NCBI GenBank assembly: GCA_030324005.1
Contig: JARDVH010000042.1
Span: 82,908,845 to 82,972,844 of the forward strand
Length of the DNA stretch: 64,000 nt
Reading direction: 5' to 3'
From: Negaprion brevirostris
Taxonomy: Eukaryota
The translations under genes and the position numbers were made by a program. The notes beneath the pieces are model-generated. The model ran no database searches. It was not told where the DNA came from and saw only the letters and a list, made by a program, of their open reading frames with translations. Below are positions 1 to 12,800 of the stretch, piece by piece (the stretch's first letter is position 1; every line of letters starts with the position of its first letter).

Positions 1-651
1 TGAACTGCATTTACTGCTATTGACCAGCAATGGGCTACCTAGGTTGATTGGGCTGCATGAGTGGCTCTCCTTCATCTCTGGGCTGCAAGCTGACTCATTC
101 ACTGACTATGACCAAGAATACAATTGATTACATTTGATATGTATCAGCTCCAAATGGCTAAATACTTCTGCACTGGATGCAGAGGAACACTGCACACATC
201 TATGGAGCAATCAGCATGCATCTTGCTTCACTTGCCCTTTATGTACACATCAATTCAGTCATACCAGCAGGGAAAAGAACTGGGTGGTTAAAATATGACA
301 GCCTGGCACTTGGTATGGGCCATCATCCAAACCCAGATGAGTTTGGGGGAGGTGGGGGTGGGTGTACAAAAGTTGGAATATTCAGTGTCTTGCAGACAGC
401 CTGCTTATTATTGTCATCCCCTATAAACTATTGGGAACAAATCATCAGTCTCAATTGTGTTATCTTGCAAGTTTGCTGTCATGGCTTCACATCTGAGAAG
501 AGAGGTATTTTTGAGAAAGGGGACATTCCACAAGGAATCTTGTGCTCTTGGAGCAGGCATGATGGGCCAGATGGTTATCTTCTGTGCTGTATGACTGCAA
601 AGACTTCTATGAAAGGAAACCATTGTTCATGTGTTGGCTTTTTTCCTGCAG

Positions 652-823
652 GGGAAGAGCCCTATTTAATTTTCACTAATCGTCATGACATCAGGAAAAT
701 TGGATTGCATCACATGGAATACACTCAGATAATTGATCAGCTGAGAAATGCTGTAGCACTTGATGCTGACATTGCAGCACAGAAAATCTTCTGGGCTGAC
801 CTGGGCCATCATGCAATTTTTAG
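652..823 (+). CDS. M1 propeller exon 1
   Basis: cctgcag|GGGAAGAG...TTTTAG|gtaaga; 172 nt; [19 protein letters not shown]...FWADL. Confidence 0.93.
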
Positions 824-3800
824 GTAAGATTTCTGAAATTCCATTATGTAATGACTTATTTGAGAATTTTCAATTCAAGATCTGTCTCTCTGCGTTGAGC
901 CACTTGAATAAATGTTGATAGATCAACTAACACTGGCTGGCTTTGCCTCTCCTGAATTGGATTCTTCCAGATTGCAGCCCTGCCTGGATGTAGACTTCAG
1001 TAAGAAGTCTCAACACCAGGTTAGAGTCCAACAGGTTTAACTGGTAGCAAAAGGCATTTGCTACCAAATAAACCTGTTGGACTTTAACCTGGTATTGAGA
1101 CTTCTTGCTGTTTACCCCAGTCCAATGCTGGCATCTCCATCATGGATATAGAACTTCCAGGGATTGGTATTCTAATTGAGCTAGAAAAAGTTTGTCACAT
1201 GTAGGCTTACATTAATACTGCAATCAAGTTACTGCTCCAGCACCTAACTGGGGTACACTGAGGGAGAATTGAGCATGGCCAATGCATCTAACCAAGTCTT
1301 TGAGGGAGGGGGTGGAGAAAGAAAGCACCTGATGGGTCAATGTGCAGAGTCTGCAAGGGCTTCCAAGATAGGAATGGAACCTGAATCCCAGAAGCAGCAG
1401 TGCTAGCTGCTGAGTTACTCAAGTAGACCTGAGGTGGGTTGACTCTAGCACAGGTTAAAAGCCTGCCACTGTTCCAACCTGATTTTTGGATGGGAGAATT
1501 GCTTTTTGCTCAAAGGCATGGTATAAACTGAAATTTATATGGTAATTGATTTATGGTGCAACATTAAGATCTGAGATTGATAGAGCCTAAGAAGCAATTC
1601 ATTCAGCCACCATTCAATATGCAGGAGAAGGTGATAGTGATCGAAAGGATGGGGTCTCCATTTTTTAACTTGGAAGGGAAGTGAAAATATAAGGCTGAAG
1701 GCTATAACTCTTGTAGAGTCACAAACTGAAATCATTAACTTCTTTTGAACTAGATGCAGGGCAAATGAATTTAAAATTGCTCTCAATCAAAATGCCAAGT
1801 GCAACATAGGGAGAATTAGAATTTGAACTTGTTAAATTGAGGTTTAAGAACTGATGTATGGAGAATCTTAATGCTATTTGCTCCAGAGATTCCTTTTGTG
1901 AATTGTAAATGGAGTCCAAAACCATATGACTGAATCAAGTGTCAGAAACCCAGACTGGTAACAACTAGAGGTTGGACTTCTCTAGTGAACTTAACCCAAA
2001 GTGTTCTCATCATTCAACAACCTTTTTTCATGAAACAAAAATGCTGTTGTTTAAAATCAAATTATTTTCATGACTCAAATTGAATGCTGTACATGGTAAC
2101 ACTGCATTGAAGACAATTCCTGGCAATGGAGAGCTCTTCCTGCTTCTGTTATAGTTTTTGCCTCCATCCAGTTGGTCTGATACAAATTCCAGCTGCCTTA
2201 AGTGATGACAACATGCCAGAAATGGACTGCTAATGAGTCTGCAAGAAATGATTTGTTCCCTTTTGAACAGGAGCAAGCCTGTGCAGGGGGCTACTCCTTG
2301 GATGAAAGCAAGTGGAAACTGATTTCTGGCCACCACTCAGCTGCCATTGTTTTTCCCCCACCCTCCTTTCTGTCCCACTAAAGCTGTGAAACCCAAAGTA
2401 TTTTAAATCACTTGAATGCAAGTATCATGCCAAGTGAAATACAAACATTAGATTGTCACCTTGTTCTGTTTTGCTGCTCTCATTCCTAATTTACAAGATA
2501 TTGGTTGAGGAGAAAGGATTTAAACTAGACCTCTTACCAAAATAAAACCTGTGCATTACCCTTTAAATACTTTAATTGTTACAGTCTGACAAGTATCAAA
2601 CTTTGGAGCTAAACAGTGTTCCAACCAACAATGTGCAATTGCTAACTGGGGGTTGCACAAATGTGAACTTCAATCCTGAATTTCTAGGTTTTCAATTTGA
2701 AGAATGTTTTATCCAGGTTTTGTATTTACTACTGTGATTTCATTTTGCAGTAAATCAATAGATAACCAAAGTGGTGCAATGGAGATTGCCAGAGTCATCA
2801 ATGATGCACGTCTTCCTTTGGGAATTGCAGTTGATTGGATCCACAAGAACATTTATTGGGCAGATGCAGGCCTTAAAATTCTTTCAGTGAGCAACTTTGA
2901 TGGAACCAAAAGGAAGATCCTCTTTGATACCAATCTAAAGGAACCAGGATCTATAGCTGCTGATCCACTAACTGGGTACTAAAGAATTTATAACTTGTCG
3001 TCGTCGTCATCATCAGGGTATCAGATGGAAAGTGTTTGGCAGTAATTCATACCAAGTTGATTGGCTTGACAAAGTGGCCAATTAACTAGTAATGCTAGCC
3101 ATGAGTTTAAATCATAAGTCATTTTGATTTATTCAATTGTCTGTAACTAAGCATGACCTGTGGATATGGAGGTAGCATGGTCAGATTATTCATAGTTTAA
3201 CTTTAATTTGCTACAATTCAATTTGAAGTTTTGTCTTTTGCATCTTTTTAATGGCACACTTGAATATTATCCAAACTCTGGAAAATAGGGGGCTCTTGTA
3301 TCTATGTTGAACTTTGAGGTTATGTTGTGGCTGTCAAACTGAATCCAGTAAAATGTAACTTTGACAATGCCAGTAGATACTATCATTTTCACCCAGTGAA
3401 GCATTTGATTCAAAAGTTCTCTTCTGACTCTTTTTCTGACTCTTTTTCTGCTTTGGATTATAAGGTTTATATACTGGTCAGACTGGGGTGAGCCTGCAAA
3501 GATTGAAAAAGCAGGCATGAATGGTGCTGACCGCCAGCTTTTTGTTAGCAGAGAGATTTATTGGCCAAATGGCATTACACTTGGTAAGTAAACTGAAACC
3601 TGCTTTGCAGCATTCATTATCAGGGTCTTGCTTAACTCCATACATCAAATCTGTTCACAGATCTTGTGAAAAGCCGCCTCTATTGGGTTGATTCAAAACT
3701 GCACATGCTGTCGAGCATTGATCTAAATGGTCAGGATAGAAGAACCATATTGCAGTCTGAAGAATTTCTTGTCCATCCTCTTGCTGTGTCCATCTTTGAG

Positions 3801-6800
3801 GTAAGAGGCATTGCCAGAACTTTTAATTACTGTAAGTGGAGCTAGAGTTGAATTAAGCAGCACAAGCTTGTAGGCTCACTTAACCCAGTTAGTGCTATTT
3901 ATGTATTGAGTTCAAAGTCTTAAATGGTGTATTTGCAAGCAAGGGAGTGATATGCCCCCCCCCTCAGATCAGCTAATAGCTAGATACTGGATAAGACTCA
4001 ATTATTCTTTAAACAACCAAAAGATGTTGGCTTACTGTTGGAGGGATATGTGAGAAGCAAATGTTTCCTCCTATTGTAGGAAAGTAACTGATCTACTCCA
4101 GTTTTGTGACCTAGTGTGCAGAATTAGCATCAGCTAACAAGCATTTTTTTGTTATCCAGGTTACGGGTGTTAACTAAAATATCAAATCCAAAAATAACTG
4201 GTGATAGTAAGGGATTCAATTGTGGGGCAGAAGTTTAAGGGGAAAGTACCTTAAGTCAATGTAATTTGTAACTTGATTTTGATATTTGTGGACTTGAGTA
4301 TTTTTGTTTGGAAGTCCTTTTTGTGTTTTCTGTATTTTTGCTTGTATACATCAAGTCTTGCATCTAAAAATGTCAGTTGAAGTATGCATTTTGTACAAAT
4401 CAAGGTATACTTGCACTGGCATCAGAATTCAAGATTTTGGGTAATATCTAATTTGACTGTTTTAGGATCGTATCTTTTGGATTGATGGTGAGGAAGAAAT
4501 CATTTATAGTGCTAATAAGTTCACAGGGGCCAATGTGGTGACATTAGTCTCCCATCTTGACGAACCTCATGATATGATTGCTTATCACAAGTTAACACAG
4601 CCATCAGGTAGGACATTTTGATTCAAGGGTGAGACTTGCCATTCTCATGAGCTGCACAAGAATCAGCTAGTCAAAATTAACTCAAATCAATTTGGAAAAT
4701 GAAATATCATAGAATCCCTTCAGTGCAGAAGGGGGTCATTTGGCCCATCAAGCCTGCATGAACAGCAATTCCACATAGGCTGTATTCCCATGAATTTACA
4801 TTGCTAATCCCCTGACTAAGGGGCAATTTAGCACAGCTGGCCAACCAATCTCACCTGCACATTTTGTGTGGGAGGAAACCCATGCAGTTATGGGAAGAAT
4901 GTGCAACTGCCTGGAGTTGGCACAAAGCTGGAATTGAACTCAGGTCCCTAGAGCTGAGACAGCAGTACTAACTACTGTGCCAGTGTTGCCTTAAAATCAT
5001 CATCCCCTTTTGTGTTTAAAATTTTAAGCTATTCCAAGCAGTAAATCTTGTGCTGCAATAATCTTAGTTTTATAACTAGCAATCTGACAAGAGATTGTAC
5101 TTCTATTGGCTGATTGCTGTAATTGTACAGTATCCTTGTCACCCTATGGAAACCAATTTGTTCTTTGACAAGCTGACTGATGTAACATTGTATATCACAA
5201 ATCACTAATAACAAACTTTTTGTAGTAAATCAAAATTCTGAATTGGCAAGCTGTGTGGCAGAACTAATCTTGAATGATTTGATTACATTTTTCCCCAGTG
5301 GTGATTTTCTTAAATCTTCAACAGGCAAAAATAGGTGCAGTGAGAGTTTGAATGGAGGCTGTGAATACATGTGTCTTCCTGCTCCTCGCATAACTGTGAA
5401 TTCAGTAACACATACTTGTGTATGTCCAGCTGGCTTTGAACTGAACAGAGATGGAAAGCGGTGTACAGAAAGTAAGAACAATTTTAGCTTGTTCACATAT
5501 TAACATTGAATGTTATAGCCTGGAATTTAGTCACAATCTAGGGGAAAGGTATTAGAAATTGAGCAACACTATATTTACATTTCTGCCCAATTCACTTACA
5601 CAAAGCTCAAACGTAAAATAGTCTATGAATCATTAATTGACTACAAAAAAGCTTCTGCTTATGGGTCAAAATTGCTGCAATTGAAGTTGCCAATCTGGTC
5701 ACTGTATAAAGTACAATTCACAAAAATATTTAGAGTCTCAGTTGACCAGCTGTAAGTCATTAACAAATGAATTGCAACATAGATTCATGTGTGGCTAAAA
5801 TTCTCTCAAATAATGGTGAATGCCTACAAATGACTGCATTTGATAAACTTGCCTTGCTGACTTGTGGGCAGATATTGCTTTGCAAATTGAATTTAAGTTC
5901 AATGCTTTTTCACATACTACTTGAGCAAGATATTGCTCAATCATATTGGGCATCTAAGCTGGAAATCTAAAACGCCTTGACATCTGGAGTTGGAACAAAG
6001 TTCTGATGGACTTCTTCCTGAATTTCTAGGATCCCTTCTTTCTGTTTCTTGAGCCTGTCTCCAGCTATCATTTCTGAATTGGAGCTATAAACTTCCAAAG
6101 ACCTCTTGGAAATATTCCTTGTGCAGTATTTCCTGTCCCCAGTTTAAAATCAGTAAACTCTGCATTTTAAACTGGTGGGAATGCATAATCAAGAGATCCC
6201 CTGCCACAAAGGTTTGGACTGTTACTTAATAAATAAACACCTAAAAATTGCCATAATGTGAGGTGAATTGTGCAATTGAAGTTCAGCAGTTTTGGCATTG
6301 GATAGTAAATTATCTGCAGTATTCTATGATGTGCTGTTTTAACTTTAAATGCCCTAAATGTCATGGTTTTTTTTTCTTGCCAGTTCAAATTTGTAACTTG
6401 CAGGTTGATCTTTGTAGATGCTGGTCCACTTCTGTCTTAGTTGTCTGGCCTTGCTCTAGAGCAATGAAATTAATGCCTGGTAGGATGGCTTACCACTTGT
6501 TCAGCTACATGTGAAGTATATGGGTAACTGGTGCTTGTGGAACCAGAGGTAGAGTGCAACTGCATATGAATCTTTAGCAGCTTAAACCACTCTCACTATT
6601 TCTCAATAAATGTTCTGGTTAGTAATATGCAAGATCTTATTTTAATTGATCCTCCTTCCAAACAGTTAACACTGCAACCTGTGAAGCATCAGACTTTGTG
6701 TGCCACAATGGGCAGTGTATACCCAATAAGCTGAAGTGTAATGGTCATGCTGACTGTGAAGATGGATCTGATGAAAACCCAGAACTCTGCTGTAAGTATT

Positions 6801-9800
6801 TGCTATTGCATATAAGCAAACATTCAGTTTTAAATGTGTAAACAACATTTGAATTGGAAGTAATTTTTGTTTGTGGTTTAGGTAAATTAGTCTGCATGAT
6901 GGTTACTAAACCTCACTTAGCCTCTTCAATGGTTTTGAATACTAAATTAACACCTATATCTGATATTGTCAATACATGTGCTTTAGGGAATGGGTTATTA
7001 AGACTGACTCAGAATGGGAGTTGCTGCTTCTCTTTTTCTGGACATTACATGGGCATAAGGCTGATGGTTTTGACTTTTCCAGCAAATGGTTTATTGATCA
7101 GTAAATTTAAACTGACTGCAGTCTATTGCCTTTTTTCTTTTCCCCCACCCCCCNNNNNNNNNNGCTAGTCCCCTTATCGACAACGGTCCAGTTTTTATTC
7201 TAGACTTTTTGATCACAGATCTGATCTACTTGAAGACTAAAAGTAATAGGACTATTCTGGATTGAACAATATTGCTGGCAAGGGCCGTTTTGCTGAAACT
7301 GTCTTGTATTCAGTGAGACAGTTGCTAAATTTCAGATTCTCTTTATAATGCAGTGATAGCTGGCTCCATAATTGAGGTTTTGCCAGAGGATTTCACAATC
7401 TGGTAATTTGAAAGTTGAATACATTTCCTTAGATGTAAACTGATACCACTCATTTACTGCAAATNNNNNNNNNNNNNNNNNNNNNNNNNNNNNNNNNNNN
7501 NNNNNNNNNNNNNNNNNNNNNNNNNNNNNNNNNNNNNNNNNNNNNNNNNNNNNNNNNNNNNNNNTTATAATGCAGTGATAGCTGGCTCCATAATTGAGGT
7601 TTTGCCAGAGGATTTCACAATCTGGTAATTCAAAAGTTGAAAGTTGAATACATTTCCTTAGATGTAAACTGATACCACTCATTTACTGCAAATGTGTTTA
7701 ACAGTTGGTGGCACGGTAGCACAGTGGTGAGCACTGCTGCTTCACAGCTCCAGGGACCTGGGTTTGATTCCTGGTTCGGGTCACTTTGTGGAGTTTGCAT
7801 ATTCTCATGTCTGTGTGGGTTTCCTCTCAGTCCAAAGATGTGCAGTTTAGGTTGATTGGCCATGCTAAAATTGCCCCCATGTCCTAAATTGTGGTAGATT
7901 AGCAGGTAAAATATGTAGGGTAGGGCCTGGATGGGATTGTGGTTGGTGTAGATTTGATGGGCTGAATGGCCTCTTCACTGTAGGGTTTCTATGATTTCTA
8001 TGAATTTTCTTATTTTGCAAGTATAGATGGGTTGAGTACAGTCTATTAAATCAACCAGCCACCCCCACAATTTGGCAATGTCATGTGTGCATTTCAGTAT
8101 CACTACAATGCTGAGGGTCCCTACCCCAATGATTTGATCAAATAAAAACACATTTTTTAGCTCATGGGCAGAGTAACAAAATCCAAAATATCTACTAAAA
8201 TTAAATGTGAATCTGCAATTGGGCAGCACTCACCAGTTGAATGAAGTGTGCTGGAAGTGACTTACACGATTCAATCCCTTAAATGTCAAGTGAGACATTC
8301 CAGATCCAAGCTGACCAAACAGGCAAGCTTCCCACCTTGGGCTTGATCTACATGCTCCAAGCTATTGGAGTAGGCATTGCACTTCCAAGGTTTGGTGGTT
8401 TTCTTGCATCTTAGCAAAGGCCAAGATGCTGTGCTTTTTTTAAAGGCTTCATTTGAAGCCTTAAATGCAGGATGTCAATACTATGCTTGATCTTGGCCAA
8501 AAGGCTGGAAGTGATATGCTCATGTGCAGGGACCTGTTGTGTAAACAAGAGAAATATGTTCAGGCCTGCACTTCAATTATTGGTGCTTTTGTGGCAATAC
8601 TTCATCAGAATTGGACTTGGCAACCATTCAACACTTACTGTGGCATAAATTGTCAAATTAAATGATTGCTTTTGCAATATAATTCTCTTCAGCAGTATTC
8701 AAGTTTTGTACTACCAAACTAAATTTAGGTTGACATTTGAATACTTTCCTTTTTGAAAGGAATCAATGCTATATTTAAATTTTCAGGGCAGGAAGCACTT
8801 AGCGATGTGATACCACACCTGAATGCATCAGTGCTTGCTTTTTCTGGCACATTCTGTGAAACTAGTGGGTAATTACTCCAAGCTCATGCTAATGATTTTA
8901 TCCTTTTTGAATAGGATGTTAAATGTCCTGTCTGACCTTGCCCAGTGGGTTGATACCATGGCACTCTAGGCAAGCAAGAGTTGTTCCCATCTCCTAGCTG
9001 ATATTGATATCTCAATCTGCACTGCAGTAAAATTCTGGTCATTATGTTGCTGTTTTTGGCAGCTTGTACAGTAGTGATTACATAGGCATTTGTGTAGATC
9101 TTTGCACAATGTGGAGTCCATCTTTTTTCCTTCCCCTTTTTGAGGGTTGTTGCAATATCCTTGTGAAGGAATGGGGTCCTATTATCTCTGGGTTAACTTC
9201 TGGCATTTGNNNNNNNNNNNNNNNNNNNNNNNNNNNNNNNNNNNNNNNNNNNNNNNNNNNNNNNNNNNNNNNNNNNNTTTGCTTTGTCCTACTGTTGGTA
9301 GAAACCCTGACTGACTTCCTACTTGGATAAAAGTCTTGTAGAGTTTAATATGCTTCCTCTTTTAGACAAGAGGACCTGTGCTTCTGATGAAATGAGCTGT
9401 GGCCCTGGGTTACCATGTATTCCCATCTTTTGGAAGTGTGATGGAGTAGAGGATTGTACTACTGGCAAAGATGAGGATGGTTGTGGTAAGTAGATGCTGG
9501 ATCATTAAGTTTTGAAAGCTCTTAATCTGTGCTATAGAATTGTTCACTATGCTGCTACCTTAATGCCAACCTCACATTTTGGAACTTTAATTTTGCCACT
9601 AACCTTCAGCTTGGACCCTCCTGAATTCACTAGTTAATCTGTGCCTTTTTATTAATGATTTTAAATCTATCTTTGTTCATCCTGTGAATAGCCCTGTCTT
9701 AGTCTCACCCCTCAATATTCTGGTGCCTCTGTCTATTTCTAGAATAGTGTCCAGAATGAATGCAATATCCTGGCTTAATTTTTAGTGAATTATCCTTCAT

Positions 9801-12800
9801 TGAAATTCTTGCCTTTTAAAATTGTCACCTGTTGGCTCTAGGTTTTACAAAATATTTACATTTGTTTGCAATAAAACTGTTTTTCAGATGTTGTTTGCAG
9901 TGCAGAAGAGTTTACCTGTGCAAATGGCAGATGCATTTCCAAGGCATTTGTTTGCAATAGTGATGATGATTGTGGTGATGGAAGTGATGAGAAAAACTGT
10001 GCACCAATTTTGTGTGGCCCACATGAGTTTCAGTGTAATAATTCTGAATGCATCCCTTTGGGCTGGGTCTGTGACACTAACATTGACTGTACTGACCAAT
10101 CTGATGAATCTCCAGAACGTTGTGGGCATGTGCTTCCTTCTGTGACTTGTTTGCCTACTGAAAGGCCATGTGATTCTGGTGAATGCATCCATGCTCGATG
10201 GTACTGTGATGGTGATACTGACTGTAAAGATGGAAGTGATGAAGCCAACTGCCGTAAGTGGTCTAACTTTTTTAGTGCCACATTGGGGTAGCAGATTTGA
10301 GTGCTGTGAAATAGGTAACTTTTAGTGAGCTGGCTCCAAGAATGCCACTGACATTTTCACTGATTTAGGGTGACAACTGAAGACAATGCCAAAGGTCTGT
10401 GTAAAGAACTGAACTTGGATAACATTTGGCAAGCTAAGTGCCAAATCAGTCATCTCTGTATACTTGTAGTATGTGGATGACAAGTATCAACACATTTTTC
10501 ATAGATCCTGGAAAAATTATCAGCTTTCTCTCCATTAAAATATTGTCATACTGTTGCCATCCATCTGTTCAAGTTACTGTCTCTTCACCCAAAGTTCATC
10601 AATTGTAGAATAAAATTAAGTTGCATATTGGAGAATTTTGAACATCTTTAGTGAGGTAGTCAAATAGAAATACTTGACCTGAAAGCTTAGCTTAACTTTA
10701 TCTAGCTGTGATTTTTTTTAGGATCTGCAGGTTCTGCTTTTTCCACTTGTGGAACAAGTTCAGTCTTACCATAATTGTTCTCAACACCCAATCATGACCT
10801 ACAGTGCTATAGGTGTCTGAAGCATGCAGTATAGCATTGCATGTTTGGGCAAATGCCAATCCAGCTCCAGTAAGTTCAGTTGAGTAAAATTTCAATCCAT
10901 AGCAAATCCTTGCAGATGAGTCCCCTCCAAAGTGTACTTTGGGTTGTTCCAGGAAATGTCTTTGTCTTTCTCTAAAATGCATTAGAGCTGTGTGGGCAGA
11001 AGTTGTTTCTCTACACAGCTTTTTGAATAGTCAGATGTGTCCAGGTAATAGTTTCTCACGTTCCAAATTCATCAGCTACCTTGGGCAGATGGTTCCAGGT
11101 TGTGAATGCTTGTATGACAATGTTAAATATTGAAATTCTCCACCATATGGAATCCCCTCCTGGAAGCTGTTACTCTTGAGTAACTTTTTTTACAGTTTTT
11201 GCCTGATGCAAAAGCTTCAGGGTATTCCAGTAATCATGAACTCCATCTTGAGTCATACAGGTATACAGTGTAGAAACAGCACTTTTTTTAATCCAACTAG
11301 TCATGCTGACCAGGTCTCCTAAACTGAACTATTCCCATTTGCCCCATATCCCTCCTAAACCTTCCTTATCCATGTACCTGTCCAAATGTCTTGTGATTTG
11401 GAATTGTACCTGCCTCTACCACCACCTCTAGCAGCTTATTCCATACATGCACGACCCTCAGGTCCCTCTTTTAAATTCCCCCCCCCTCACCTTTTAAAAC
11501 CTATGCCCTCTTGTTTTGGACCCTGGGGAAAAGAACATTCAAGAAACATTTTGGCCCAGGAGCATTTGGATTCACCAAAACTAACTGACCTAGTGAATGA
11601 CTCTTTCCAATTGAATTTCCACATCAACACTAGATATAAATATCTGACAGTGCATGCACACTGAAGCCCCTCCTTCCCCAACTTACAAAAAGTTGTGGCT
11701 TCCACTTTGCAGAGATGGTTTTGTGAAATGGAGTATAGCACAGGAACAGGTCCTTCAACCCTGTGCCAATCATGCCTGTCTAAACTAAAGTAGTATGCAC
11801 TTATGGAGTCTGTATCCTTTTCATTATCATTTTGTTCACATATTCATCTAGTTTCCCTTTTTTAAATGCTGCTATTGTAGCTGCTGCCACCATTCCCCAG
11901 GCAGCACATTCACCTGTGTGCATGTTTTTTTTGAAAAAAACTTGTCTCTCATTTCTAAACTTTCCCCATGCACCTTTAAACATATGTCTGCAGTACTTGG
12001 TTTTTTTTTTTAACCCTAGGAAACAGCATCTGACTATCCATTCAAACCTTGCTGGCCTCCACCAGGTCACCCCTCATAGCTAATACCCTTTAGACCAGAC
12101 AACAACCTCTATCCTCCCCAGCATCCATATCCTTTCAGTAGTGTGGTGACCAGAATTGTGTGCACATTCTAAATGAAGTTTTTAACTTGTTCTGTGCAGC
12201 TGCAGCATGACCTACCAATTTTTATATTCAATGCCCTGACTGATGAAGGCAAGCATGTCATGTTTCTTGACTACCTTATCCACCTGCATTGCCACTTTGA
12301 TCAGTGGACATTGTACACCCAGATTTGCCTGTCAATATTCCAAAGGATTCTATCATTACTGTATAATTCCTACATGCATTGGATTTTCCAAAATGCATTA
12401 TTCAGATTAAACTCATTTCTCCAACTGGTCCATATCTTACTGAATCCTCTTCACTATTTGCAATATCACCAATTTTTGTGTTTGCAAACTTGCTAATCAA
12501 ATCAGCTTCTGTATCCATATTGCCAGCTCTGATCCTATGTAACTTCACCTTTTTTGTACCTTGTCAAAGGCTTTACTGAAGTCGATGTTTACTACATCCA
12601 CTGCCTTTTGTCATCTCTCATTTATCATCTTTATTACATTCTCAAAACTCATTCAGGTTAGTGAGGCACAACCTCCCCTCACAAACATGTTTATTACCTG
12701 AGTCCATTGTTTCCAAATGTGAGTAAATCCTGTCCTTGAGAATTTTTTCCAATTTTCCCTACCACTGACTTAAGGCTTACTGACCTAAACTTCCCAGATT

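Noticed and set aside
177-651. N-terminal part of the 216-aa ORF (177..827) as real protein
   Set aside because: Intronic read-through upstream of a clear acceptor at 650-651; only 652-823 matches the paralogous exons
2997-3014. CpG cluster gtcgtcgtcgtcatcatc
   Set aside because: Short trinucleotide microsatellite, not a CpG island
7343-7693. About 120-bp direct repeat
   Set aside because: Copies flank a 100-N gap and differ by a small indel, typical of unmerged contig or allele overlap; similar cases at 32395/32712, 42515/42649 and 55880/55989
7706-7790. tRNA gene
   Set aside because: tRNA-like head of a SINE followed by SINE body and tail; no complete cloverleaf
9884-10281. Recurrent minus-strand ORFs over the triple-LA exons (also 24470-24796, 37586-37865, 56747-56992)
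   Set aside because: Antisense shadows of Cys/Asp-rich coding sequence; similarity is explained by the sense-strand paralogy
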